Of a stretch of DNA of 64,000 bases, positions 19,764-29,207 are shown piece by piece. How positions within the stretch are numbered: the first letter of the stretch is position 1; every line of letters begins with the position of its first letter. The stretch is from Gammaproteobacteria bacterium (GTDB taxonomy: Bacteria > Pseudomonadota > Gammaproteobacteria > Eutrophobiales > Eutrophobiaceae), in contig CBDBPJ010000003.1 in assembly GCA_965208655.1 (NCBI GenBank), positions 551,790-615,789 on the forward strand. Reading direction: 5' to 3'. Made by a program: the position numbers and the translations under genes. Below the pieces are notes generated by a model that was not told the origin of the DNA, did not search any database, and saw only the letters and a list, made by a program, of their open reading frames with translations.

Positions 19764-21929
19764 ATGCTCAAGTCAAGTAATTGCGCAAAATATCTTGCCA
19801 TGTTTTCGTGTGCGGCTTTATTCCTGTTCGATGCCGTTGCGACCTACTCGCAGGAGAAAGACAAGGGTGTCCTGGAGGAAGTGATAGTGACTGCGCAGCG
19901 GCGCACGGAGAATCTGCAGGATGTTCCCCTGGCGATCACCTCTTTTTCTGCCAGGAACCTCAGTGATAAAGGGGTCTATGACCTGTTTGGTCTCACGTCC
20001 CTGGCTCCTAACCTGGACATAGTGCAGAATAACGGTCGTGTGAAGGTATTTATCCGCGGCATCGGCCTCACGCTGGATAATTCGGGTTCCGAGGGCGCGG
20101 TTGCGGTACACCAGGACGGTGTCGTCATCGCCTATCCGAACTCGCAGGGCACCTCGTTTTACGATATTGAACGAATAGAGGTATTGCGCGGACCGCAAGG
20201 TACCTTGTTCGGCAGGAATGCAACGGGCGGCACGCTCAATATCATTACCCGGGGGCCGACGGAAGAGGTCAGTGTCAATGCCCGCGCCAACTTCGGCAAC
20301 TATGAGACACGGGAATTCGAACTCGGCGTCGGCGGGCCCCTGGTAGCAGACAAGTTATCGGCGCGTGCTGCGTTCTACAAGGTAGACAGGGACGGCTTCG
20401 GTGAAAACAGTTTTAACGGCCAGGATATCGACGATCGCGACGAGGTCGCGGCGCGCGGCAAGCTGAAGTGGCAGGTGACTGACCAGTTCACCGTGGTTGC
20501 GGCGATTGATTACTGGGACGCGGATGACTCGGGCGCGGTCGTGCATACCTTCGGCTCGGCGTTTGGTGAGTTACAGGGGGTTGTCGAGGGAGGTAACGGT
20601 AAACCGAGTTTCAGGGATATAGCAAGTGAAACCGAAGAAAGCCGGGATATGAGAACCTATGGCTACTCCCTGGATGTCACCTATGAAATCAACGAAAACT
20701 TCACCTTCAAGTCCCTGACGGGTTACCGCGATGAGCACAGCGTAAAGAAATCACAATATGACGGTACGGACAATCCCGGCTGGCCTTCCACCAATGTCAA
20801 TTCCGGCGTCCATTTCAGCCAGGAATTTCAATTGAACTGGGATACGGACAGGATCAATAGCGTGTTCGGGCTGTACTACTTCGATGATGACGTGTTTGTC
20901 ACCAATACGGTACCCTTCCAGTTCGGGATAAATCTGCCCGGAGACATCTTTGATGAACGGGGGCACGCAAAGACGGAAGCCTACGCGGCATTCGGCAGCC
21001 TGACCTGGGCGGCGACGGAACGGCTTAACCTGACTGCCGGTGTGCGCTACAGCGATGAAAAGAGAACGACGGAGAGTTCTTTCCAGCTCAAGATTCAACT
21101 GTTTGGCCTGGATTTGTTTATTCCGCTGAACAACCAGCGTAAATATGACGCCTGGACGCCGCGCTTCTCCATTGATTATGCCCTGACCGACGATGCCATG
21201 GTTTATTTCACCGCGTCCCGCGGCTTTAAAAGCGGGCAGATACTGCCGGGTAACACGGCCCCGCCGCTCAATCCCGAATTTATCTGGAGCTTTGAAGGGG
21301 GCATAAAGTCCGTGCTGTTTGACGACCGGCTGAAAGCCAACCTGTCGGCCTTCTATTACGATTACACGGATCTGCAGGTGAGCCAGTTGCTGGGCCTGTC
21401 GTTTACGCTTACCAATGCCGCGGCGGCCGACGCTATCGGAGTTGAGGCGGAACTTGCCTACCTGCTGACGGAGAATACCCAGCTGGAACTGGTCTACGGC
21501 TACCTGGATAATGAATTTACCGAATTTTTCACCCAGGATCCGATATTTCCGGAACTGGGCGTGTTGAACCTGAAGGGCAATCCGTTGCCCAATTCTCCCA
21601 AACACATGTTCACCCTGAGTGCGAGCCATACATACCCTAGCAGCCTTGGTGATTTCGACTTCCGGGTGGACTGGCGCTGGCGGGATACGGCCTATTTTGA
21701 CCCGTATAAACGGGATGTAGCCTCCCAGGACTCCTATTCAAATGTCAGCATGAGGGGCACGTTTCAACCGCGTAACCAGAACTGGTCTATCTCGGCCTGG
21801 GTCAACAACCTGACCAACAAGGATGCGTATATAACCAACTATATCAGCCTGGCCAGTGGCGGCTTCCCCCGTAACGGCGATATCAACGACCCGAGAACCT
21901 ACGGCATAGAGTTGCGTTACGAGATGTAA
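19764..21929 (+). CDS. TonB-dependent outer-membrane receptor
   Basis: Signal peptide; EEVIVTAQRR TonB box/plug region; 721 aa; unusual C-terminal residue Met. Confidence 0.8.
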   Translation: MLKSSNCAKYLAMFSCAALFLFDAVATYSQEKDKGVLEEVIVTAQRRTENLQDVPLAITSFSARNLSDKGVYDLFGLTSLAPNLDIVQNNGRVKVFIRGIGLTLDNSGSEGAVAVHQDGVVIAYPNSQGTSFYDIERIEVLRGPQGTLFGRNATGGTLNIITRGPTEEVSVNARANFGNYETREFELGVGGPLVADKLSARAAFYKVDRDGFGENSFNGQDIDDRDEVAARGKLKWQVTDQFTVVAAIDYWDADDSGAVVHTFGSAFGELQGVVEGGNGKPSFRDIASETEESRDMRTYGYSLDVTYEINENFTFKSLTGYRDEHSVKKSQYDGTDNPGWPSTNVNSGVHFSQEFQLNWDTDRINSVFGLYYFDDDVFVTNTVPFQFGINLPGDIFDERGHAKTEAYAAFGSLTWAATERLNLTAGVRYSDEKRTTESSFQLKIQLFGLDLFIPLNNQRKYDAWTPRFSIDYALTDDAMVYFTASRGFKSGQILPGNTAPPLNPEFIWSFEGGIKSVLFDDRLKANLSAFYYDYTDLQVSQLLGLSFTLTNAAAADAIGVEAELAYLLTENTQLELVYGYLDNEFTEFFTQDPIFPELGVLNLKGNPLPNSPKHMFTLSASHTYPSSLGDFDFRVDWRWRDTAYFDPYKRDVASQDSYSNVSMRGTFQPRNQNWSISAWVNNLTNKDAYITNYISLASGGFPRNGDINDPRTYGIELRYEM

Positions 21930-21951
21930 AAGGCAGAACTGACCAGGGTCG

Positions 21952-23415
21952 TTGGCTTTGTGCGCTGATACTGCCGGTTCTCAGGAAAGGAGATCCTTCT
22001 TACGGCAGTTGTTGCCGGCAGGAATATTACTGCTCTCTGTCTGTTCCGGCCATTCATGGGCCGGGGAAATACTGGCGCTGACAGGCGCCAGGATTATAGA
22101 CGGTAACGGTGGTCCAGCGCTGGAAGATGCTGTCGTAATAGTCCAGGGACAAAAAATTTCCGCAATCGGTCCCGCATCCGTCATCCCCGCAAACGCGCGT
22201 GTAATGGACCTTGCCGGCAAGACTCTCTTGCCGGGTCTCATTGATGCGCATATCCACATCGGCGGCAGTGGTGGCGGGTCTGCAGACCCGCGTGAATTCA
22301 CCCCTGCTGCTGTTGAAAACAGCCTCCTGAGTTACCTGAAGTTCGGCGTGACCAGTATTTACGATATGGCTGCACATCCCAGCCTCAATGCTATGAAAAC
22401 AGCGCTGGAGAGCGGTGAACTGACGGGTCCGAGGCTGTACGGCAACGGTTTCGGTATCACCGCCCCCGGTTCGCATCCCATCCGCCTGATTACCGAACTC
22501 GGACTCCTGGACTACCTGGGCCCTTTCTATTTCCAGGTTGACAGCGTGGAAGATGCTCAAGAGGCGGTACGCAGGATCAGTGCGGAGCAGGTTGACGGCA
22601 TCAAGCTGTTCCACTCGCGCGTCGAAGCCGGGACCACCCGGTTTGACGCCGACATGGACAAGTTAAAGCCCGCCATCCTCCGCACTGTGATTGAGGAAGC
22701 CCACGCCCGCAGACTGAAGGTTTATGCGCATACATCATTTCCCAGCGAGGCCGGGGAATTTGTTGAAGCCGGCGGTGATGTCATCGTGCACAGCATTCAC
22801 ATGGCCGAGACCGGCGCCCGGGACGTATTCGAATTGATGGCCGAACGTGATGTTGCCTATATCCCCACCCTCGCGGTGTTTGAAGGCGGCTATTCAACGA
22901 AACCCGGCTCTTTTGCTTCCCCACATCTTCATGACAAGGTATGGGATGTCCTGCTCGCGTCGATCACCGCTCCGGGCAGCGTGGTCCTGGCTTCCCGGAC
23001 TGTGCCCGGTCTTCTCAATGACAGGGAGCGCAGCCTGGAAATCTCGATGGCGAACCTGGCGCGGGCGCTGCAGGTTGGCGTCAAAATCGCAATGGGGAGT
23101 GACGCGGGCAATGCCGGGATGCTGCACGGCGCCACAGTACTGCGCGAACTGCAGTTGATGAACGAAGCGGGTATGACGCCGATGCAGGTGATCGTGGCTG
23201 CCACCCGGAACGGGGCCGAGGTCATCGGCCGGGGAGAGGAACTGGGCACTGTCGAGGCCGGCAAGCTGGCTGATATCATCGTCGTCAACGGCGACCCGTT
23301 ACAGGACCTGTCTGCCCTGGGCAATGTCGAACTGGTGGTGAAAAACGGCAAGATTATCAACCCCGGGGAACTGGAGTTCAAGGAAGTACCACAACCAACT
23401 GGGGACGGGTTTTAA
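21952..23415 (+). CDS. Tat/Sec-secreted amidohydrolase-family protein, paralogous to 3620-5005
   Basis: RRSFLRQLL N-terminus; GLIDAHIHIGGSG and GKLADIIVVNGDPLQD amidohydrolase motifs. Confidence 0.75.
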   Translation: MALCADTAGSQERRSFLRQLLPAGILLLSVCSGHSWAGEILALTGARIIDGNGGPALEDAVVIVQGQKISAIGPASVIPANARVMDLAGKTLLPGLIDAHIHIGGSGGGSADPREFTPAAVENSLLSYLKFGVTSIYDMAAHPSLNAMKTALESGELTGPRLYGNGFGITAPGSHPIRLITELGLLDYLGPFYFQVDSVEDAQEAVRRISAEQVDGIKLFHSRVEAGTTRFDADMDKLKPAILRTVIEEAHARRLKVYAHTSFPSEAGEFVEAGGDVIVHSIHMAETGARDVFELMAERDVAYIPTLAVFEGGYSTKPGSFASPHLHDKVWDVLLASITAPGSVVLASRTVPGLLNDRERSLEISMANLARALQVGVKIAMGSDAGNAGMLHGATVLRELQLMNEAGMTPMQVIVAATRNGAEVIGRGEELGTVEAGKLADIIVVNGDPLQDLSALGNVELVVKNGKIINPGELEFKEVPQPTGDGF

Positions 23416-23499
23416 GCATGCCCCCGCATGTTAGAAGTTGAGGATATTTCTTGAATAATGATAATTATTATTTAATTATCAATTATATAATGTATATAA

Positions 23500-24270
23500 T
23501 TAAAGTAATCTATTAATACTCTTGCTTAATTGTGCGAATATGAACTTGGGGAAAAACCGGCTCATGAACCAGAGCTGGTTAGCTACGCCAATGCGAATTT
23601 CGTAGTTATCTTTTGCAAAATCTTTCAGGAACGCCGCAACCATTTTTTCTACGGGCATTATCGGAACGCCTTTAATATCTTCTTCATCAAAGCCTCCTAA
23701 CATCCCTGTTTCGGTAAGAGGAGGGGCCAGTTCGAAGACCTTGATTGCTGTATTCCTTAATTGCGCTCTCAATGACAATGTATATGAGTGAATGGCGGCC
23801 TTGGTCGAACAATATACCGGAGTAATCGGCAGAGGGACAAATGCCAGCCCGGAGCTAACATTGACGATTGCGGGGTTGTTGTTGTGCCGCAATAGCGGCA
23901 GAAAGGCGTTGTTCATCAACATGGTCCCTTTCAGGTTAATATCGATTTCCTGCGTCAGATATGTTGCGGAAAGGTTGCCGCTGCGCAGGTTGAGCGCTTG
24001 CATGATGCCTGCATTATTGATCAGTATATTTAGATCGGGATAGTCTTTTACGGCCTGCTGGTGGAGTTTTTCTACGTCGCCGGGGTTACTGACGTCATTC
24101 CTGATTATCGTCACACCTCCCAGTTGTTGTTTCGCGTCCTGGAGTTTCTTCTCATCCCGCCCCGTAATAACGACCTTATTGCCCTTTAGTAAAAACTGCC
24201 TGGCCATCTCAAAACCGATACCGCTCGAACCGCCTGTAATCAGGATGGTGTTACCGGATAATTTCATCAC
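23500..24270 (-). CDS. Short-chain dehydrogenase/reductase (SDR)
   Basis: TGGSSGIG cofactor motif and YCSTKAA (YxxxK) catalytic motif; gene is notably AT-rich. Confidence 0.85.
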   Translation of the reverse strand: MMKLSGNTILITGGSSGIGFEMARQFLLKGNKVVITGRDEKKLQDAKQQLGGVTIIRNDVSNPGDVEKLHQQAVKDYPDLNILINNAGIMQALNLRSGNLSATYLTQEIDINLKGTMLMNNAFLPLLRHNNNPAIVNVSSGLAFVPLPITPVYCSTKAAIHSYTLSLRAQLRNTAIKVFELAPPLTETGMLGGFDEEDIKGVPIMPVEKMVAAFLKDFAKDNYEIRIGVANQLWFMSRFFPKFIFAQLSKSINRLL

Positions 24271-25475
24271 TAACTCCGGGTCCAGGCACGCAGGGTCCTG
24301 ACAGCGACTTCGTTTTCGATTTCCCCGGGGACATTTTGCGGGCCTGCCGGCAATGATTGACCATTTGTCGCGAGATAGGCCAGGGACAGGGATTGCAGGG
24401 CAAGACCCAGGTCCATAATCTCGATGGGATTGCCGTCACCGGCGCTCAGGTTAATACTGTTACCCCTGCCGAACAGGTAAACGATTTTACCGTTATCCAG
24501 CTTGAATTTCTGGATATCCGGCATGATTTGGTGTGGTTCGGAAGCCAGTGCGTGCAGGCCGGGCAGGTCGATCTCGTTTTCAAATGCCCCGGCGTTGCAT
24601 ATTACGGCGCCATCCTTCATCAGCGCCAGGTGATCCCGTTTGAGTGCTCCCGGTCTGCCGGTGACGGTAATGACGATGTCACTGACCGGTAACGCCTGTT
24701 CCAGTTCAGCCGTATGATAACCCTCCAGGTGCGCTTCCAAGCGCGTCAGGGGGTCGATATCGACTATGGTTACATGCGCCCCCAATCCGCGCAAGGCGCG
24801 GGCGATACCCTGGCCGCAATAACCATAACCGATGACAGCTACCCGCTTTCCGCCGATAAGCAGGTTGGAACAGCGCATGATGCCGTCGAGCACACTCTGG
24901 CCGACGCCGTAACGGTTTTCGACAATGCGTTTTGCCCGGGTATCGTTAATTATGAGGGTGGGGAAGATATGTTCGTCAATGTCCTCGCGTAAGCGGAAAC
25001 CGCCGGTGGTAGTTTCTTCGGTGGCGCCGAGCAGCTTCGCCTTAGCGCCGGAAAAGTCCGGATTGGTATGCGCCAACATATGCAATTCTGCGCCATTATC
25101 GGCAATCATGTCGGGTTCGGTGGCTAACACCTTTGCCGCGTAATCAAGGTGCTGGTTGGTGGTTTCACTTCTTTTGGCAAATACCCGGACGTTGTATTCT
25201 GCCACCAGCGCGGCAGCCACCTCATCCTGGGTAGTTCCGGGCCAGCCGGTGATTACGACCTCCGCACCGCCGCTGGTCAGTGCGTCCATCCAGACGCCGG
25301 TCTTCGCTTCCACATGCAGGCAGATACCGATACGCATGCCTGCAAAAGGCTTGGTCCTGCTGAAATCCTCCTTGATCCGGCCTAATACCGGCATCCGTTC
25401 GCGCACCCAGTTTATTCGATCCAACCCTTGTTGCGCGAGTTCGATATCTTCAATTTCGTAGGTAAAATCAGGCAC
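24270..25475 (-). CDS. Adenosylhomocysteinase-like (short SAHH-family) protein
   Basis: N-terminal YEIEDIELAQQGL...RMPVL and IGICLHVEAKTGVWMDAL...GAEV...TQDEVAAAL match the SAHH architecture; GYGYCGQG NAD-binding motif. Confidence 0.6.
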   Translation of the reverse strand: MPDFTYEIEDIELAQQGLDRINWVRERMPVLGRIKEDFSRTKPFAGMRIGICLHVEAKTGVWMDALTSGGAEVVITGWPGTTQDEVAAALVAEYNVRVFAKRSETTNQHLDYAAKVLATEPDMIADNGAELHMLAHTNPDFSGAKAKLLGATEETTTGGFRLREDIDEHIFPTLIINDTRAKRIVENRYGVGQSVLDGIMRCSNLLIGGKRVAVIGYGYCGQGIARALRGLGAHVTIVDIDPLTRLEAHLEGYHTAELEQALPVSDIVITVTGRPGALKRDHLALMKDGAVICNAGAFENEIDLPGLHALASEPHQIMPDIQKFKLDNGKIVYLFGRGNSINLSAGDGNPIEIMDLGLALQSLSLAYLATNGQSLPAGPQNVPGEIENEVAVRTLRAWTRS

Positions 25476-25516
25476 CGTTAACTCCTATCGTCATTCCCGT
25501 GTAGCCGGGAATACAA

Positions 25517-27040
25517 TCATAAGACGCGCCGGAAACCGGGTTTGCCGTACTCAACGACAAAACGCGCCAGGTCAAAGACTCCGGATTGCGCATCCCTGAC
25601 ATTATCTACCGCGCGTGCGGTCGCCTGCCACTCCTTCGCACTGACTTCGTGTAACAGGTAGCCGCGTTTGTCCGGTTCATAGAACTTTATCTGTGGGTTG
25701 CGTTCCAGGTTGTCGGTTATGGGTTTGTCCATCTGGTCGGGCCAGTTGGCCGAGATGGAGGAGACCACAAACTCTACCCCTGGAAAGCGGTCAGCTATTG
25801 CTGTGGACCGCATGCCGTCTATGGCCCAGAAAGAGTGCATGTCACCGCTCAGGATCACTGCCTGGCCCGCGTTGCTGCGCTTGATTGCATCCACGACCCT
25901 GTCCCTGTTGGCCGGGTAACCATCCCAGGAACCTGCAAAATTATAGGTTTTGCCGTCAATGTCCAGGTTGAACGGCGAAAACACGCTGGAGGAGGCGATC
26001 ACGTTCCAGGGAGCGTGGTTTGCCAGGATATTATGCGTCAGCCAGTTGTTCTGCTCCTCACCCAGCATGCTGCGCTGGTCAGCGAACATTTCAGGACAAC
26101 GTACCACGTAGTTGCCGAATCCATGGGGGGACCTGTCACCGGGGCATGGCATCTGCCTGGCGCGGAATTGGCGGGTGTCGAGGAAATTGACCTGCGCAAG
26201 TTCTCCCATCTGGATAGTCCGCCTGATGCGGAACCGGTTATCACCGGGGTTGCCGTAACCGCGGGTCGGCATGTGCTCATACCAGGCCTGGTAGGCCGCC
26301 GCCCGTATCGCCATGGTAGCCGGATCGGCATCAATTACCGCATCATGGTTATCAAGGGTGCAAAAGAAGGGCAACCAGGCATGAGCCTGTTGAAGGCTTT
26401 CATCGGTTTTGTACAGCGCGTGGCGGCGCCGGAAACCGTCAAGCGTCGGCGGCATGTCTTCGGTCTCGTGTCTGCGGAAGGTCTCACCGTAGGATGTTTC
26501 ATAGATATAGTCGCCCAGATGAATCACGAAGTCCGGGTCATCCGCAATGATATGGTCGTAAGCGACGAAAGAACCGTGCGTGTAGTTCTGGCAGGACGCG
26601 GTGACGAAACGTATTGAACCAGGCTTGCTGCCGGGAGCGGGCAGGGTCTTTGTACGGCCCTTTGCCGAGGTGTATGAGCCTGCGTTGAACCGGTACCAGT
26701 ACACCTGCCCCGGTTCAAGGTCCCGGATGTCGGCATGTACCGAATGGCCAAGCTGCGGGACAGCCGGTTCTTCGCCACTCCTGACAAGTTGTTGCATGTC
26801 CTCATCCCGGAACAATTCCCAGCGTACCGGTATGGCGTCCCGGCCAAGTCCGCCATCGGTAGCCAGCGGTTGCGGCGCGAGCCGGGTCCACAACACCACC
26901 GAGTCATGCGTCATGTCACCGGAGGCTATCCCCAGGGTAAACGGGTTTCTGTCGAACCTGGCCTCTGCGACAAGCGGTGAGGAAACTTGTGCGGCGGCCA
27001 GTCCAAGGGTAGAGCTGATAATGAATTCCCGCCTTTTCAT
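25517..27040 (-). CDS. PhoD-like phosphatase/phosphodiesterase with Tat signal
   Basis: MKRREFIISSTLGLAAAQ Tat signal; calcineurin-like metallophosphoesterase pattern (GDYIYE, DNHD). Confidence 0.7.
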   Translation of the reverse strand: MKRREFIISSTLGLAAAQVSSPLVAEARFDRNPFTLGIASGDMTHDSVVLWTRLAPQPLATDGGLGRDAIPVRWELFRDEDMQQLVRSGEEPAVPQLGHSVHADIRDLEPGQVYWYRFNAGSYTSAKGRTKTLPAPGSKPGSIRFVTASCQNYTHGSFVAYDHIIADDPDFVIHLGDYIYETSYGETFRRHETEDMPPTLDGFRRRHALYKTDESLQQAHAWLPFFCTLDNHDAVIDADPATMAIRAAAYQAWYEHMPTRGYGNPGDNRFRIRRTIQMGELAQVNFLDTRQFRARQMPCPGDRSPHGFGNYVVRCPEMFADQRSMLGEEQNNWLTHNILANHAPWNVIASSSVFSPFNLDIDGKTYNFAGSWDGYPANRDRVVDAIKRSNAGQAVILSGDMHSFWAIDGMRSTAIADRFPGVEFVVSSISANWPDQMDKPITDNLERNPQIKFYEPDKRGYLLHEVSAKEWQATARAVDNVRDAQSGVFDLARFVVEYGKPGFRRVL

Positions 27041-27148
27041 CGCGTTATCATAGCAGGTAGAGTTTTACAGGCGTATGATCCTGTCCAATTCCGGCTGGAA
27101 CAGGCTTGCCGGGGAACAGGTTGAAACAAATTTAACAAGGTAATTACC

Positions 27149-27625
27149 ATGTCGACAAACCAGCTGAGCAGCGCCAGGATGGAAGCGATAATGCGTGAAT
27201 ATTACGACGGTTGCAACGAGGCTGACCGGGAAAAGATAACGGGGTGTTTCACGCCCGATGCGGTGCATTATTTCCCACCGGGCATGTACGAAGGACCGTT
27301 CCGCGGCGCCGCGAAGATTGCCGAACGCTGGTGCACAGCCGTGGAAAAGAGCGGTTCGTACTGGACCATTGACGCCTTGTTAATCGATGCGGACAAGGCC
27401 GAGGCGGTGATCGAGTGGAGCCATTTCAAAACAGGACAGGGGACCGTCTTGCGTGGCGCCGAATGGGTTGTGTTTGACAGGGTATCAGGATTGATGCAGG
27501 AGATCCGGGCCTATTATGCGTCGCCGCAGGCAGCGGACCTGAAGCGCCTGGAACTGGGCGGCTTCGATTACGAGGGGCGCGGTTACGAGATGGTTTCTCC
27601 CAGGGGTCGCTCAGCCGGCCAGTAG
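27149..27625 (+). CDS. SnoaL/NTF2-like small protein
   Basis: 158 aa; pattern typical of SnoaL-like polyketide-cyclase-fold proteins. Confidence 0.45.
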   Translation: MSTNQLSSARMEAIMREYYDGCNEADREKITGCFTPDAVHYFPPGMYEGPFRGAAKIAERWCTAVEKSGSYWTIDALLIDADKAEAVIEWSHFKTGQGTVLRGAEWVVFDRVSGLMQEIRAYYASPQAADLKRLELGGFDYEGRGYEMVSPRGRSAGQ

Positions 27626-28648
27626 CCCTGCCAGTTGCCGGTGGCTGCCGATAATGCGGTAGGCCCCGGCGCCGCATAAACTGGCTGAGGTGCCGGCGCC
27701 CGTGAGCACTCCTATCGGCACGACACCCGCAGCGTGGCTCGCCTGCATATCGATCATACTGTCGCCCACGTAAACCGTATCGGCCGGATCGGCATCCATA
27801 CGCCCCAGGCATTTCAGCAGGCCTTCCGGATCGGGCTTGCGTTGCTCGACGTCGGCGCCGGTAACCACTGCGTCGAATAACCCGGCTACGCCCTGTTCAT
27901 ACAGTAAATCCAGTGATCTTTCTCCGGAACCCGTAACAATGCCGAGCCGGTATCCAGCGCTTTTTAATCCGGATAATGTCCCGGACACGCCGGGGAATGC
28001 GAGCGCATGGGCCTTGAATACATCAGGCCAGAGTTGCATGGCCCTGTCGTTCAGTTTATGGACCATGGCCGGGCGGTTCTCAACGGAGGCAGGTACTACC
28101 TGATCCCAGTAGGAGATGCCGTTATTCAGCGTCTCATACATGACCGCTTTGGATACTTCCAGGCCGAATTCAGCTCCGGTCGTTTTGGCAAGCAGGTAAA
28201 ACGCGCCGACCGTGTCCACCAGCGTCCCGTCCAGGTCGAACAAAATGTTGCTTGTCCTGACGGGTTCGATGACATCCAGGCGCAGGCGGTCGCCGTCGTC
28301 CAGGGATAAGTGCCGGCGCAGTGAGACCGAGGTAATAACTTCCACCTGGTCTTCCGGGTAATCGTTGATTTGCGGAAAGATAATCGCCCCGGTCACACGC
28401 CTGTTGATATGCACCGGATAACTCCGCGCATGACAGTTATTCCCGTCAGGGCTGTTTATGCCGATACCGTGCCTGTCCCTGAGCGATTGCCAGTTCGAGA
28501 GGGTCCGCTTATCATCGATTTTTATGTTGAGGGTACCGGGCCACGCATCAATACCCAGTTTCTCCAGGAATTGCTGTTTTGCGTGTGTAAGTTCGGTAAA
28601 ACCCGCGGCTTGTCCTGTCCCGGTTACTACCCGGCCGGATAATTCCAA
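27611..28648 (-). CDS. Fusion protein: N-terminal CTP-dependent (archaeal-type, DUF120) riboflavin-kinase domain + C-terminal HAD-superfamily phosphatase domain
   Basis: N-terminal GRVVTGTGQAAGF...GTLNIKIDDK...GAIIFPQ...DGD aligns by eye with MJ0056 RibK; C-terminal FDLDGTLVDT (HAD motif I) and VGDSMIDMQAS; start placed at TTG one nt after the upstream stop, with AAGGAG upstream; the track ORF runs to 28750 but overlaps the upstream gene. Confidence 0.6.
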   Translation of the reverse strand: MELSGRVVTGTGQAAGFTELTHAKQQFLEKLGIDAWPGTLNIKIDDKRTLSNWQSLRDRHGIGINSPDGNNCHARSYPVHINRRVTGAIIFPQINDYPEDQVEVITSVSLRRHLSLDDGDRLRLDVIEPVRTSNILFDLDGTLVDTVGAFYLLAKTTGAEFGLEVSKAVMYETLNNGISYWDQVVPASVENRPAMVHKLNDRAMQLWPDVFKAHALAFPGVSGTLSGLKSAGYRLGIVTGSGERSLDLLYEQGVAGLFDAVVTGADVEQRKPDPEGLLKCLGRMDADPADTVYVGDSMIDMQASHAAGVVPIGVLTGAGTSASLCGAGAYRIIGSHRQLAGLLAG

Positions 28649-28649
28649 G

Positions 28650-29114
28650 TCAATACGTCTCCTTTTGTATTTCGGCGGCGCGATGAATCGCGGCGCGGAT
28701 GCGCTGGTACGTCCCGCAACGGCAGATATTGCCTGACATGGCCTCGTCAATATCAGTGTCGGATGGCGCGGGATTGTCAGTCAGCAGGGCGGCGGCAGAC
28801 ATCAGTTGTCCCGACTGGCAATAGCCGCACTGGGGCACCTGCAATTCCAGCCAGGCCTGCTGCACGGGGTGATAACCGTCCTTGGCCAGGTGTTCGATAG
28901 TGGTAATATTTTTGTTGCCTATACTGCTCGCGGGGAGCACGCAGGAGCGCATGGGTTTTCCGTCAACGTGAACGGTACAGGCGCCGCACTGGGCTATTCC
29001 GCAACCGAACTTGGTGCCGGTCAGGCCGATCTCGTCCCGCAGCACCCACAGCAGCGGCGTGTCCGCTTCGACGTCAACTTCAATTTGCCGGTCATTAACG
29101 TTGAGTTTAATCAT
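28650..29114 (-). CDS. [2Fe-2S]-binding small subunit of the xanthine-dehydrogenase/aldehyde-oxidase family (IorA/CoxS-like)
   Basis: [12 protein letters not shown] and CGYCQSGQ ... CRCGTY cysteine clusters; 154 aa; no molybdopterin subunit adjacent. Confidence 0.85.
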   Translation of the reverse strand: MIKLNVNDRQIEVDVEADTPLLWVLRDEIGLTGTKFGCGIAQCGACTVHVDGKPMRSCVLPASSIGNKNITTIEHLAKDGYHPVQQAWLELQVPQCGYCQSGQLMSAAALLTDNPAPSDTDIDEAMSGNICRCGTYQRIRAAIHRAAEIQKETY

Positions 29115-29207
29115 GTCTTTTCTGCACCAGGGTTACACCAGGAAGTGAACTCCGCACAATATAATCCAGAATTTGATATTTTTGTATCGTTTTTTACCTG
29201 TTATCGG

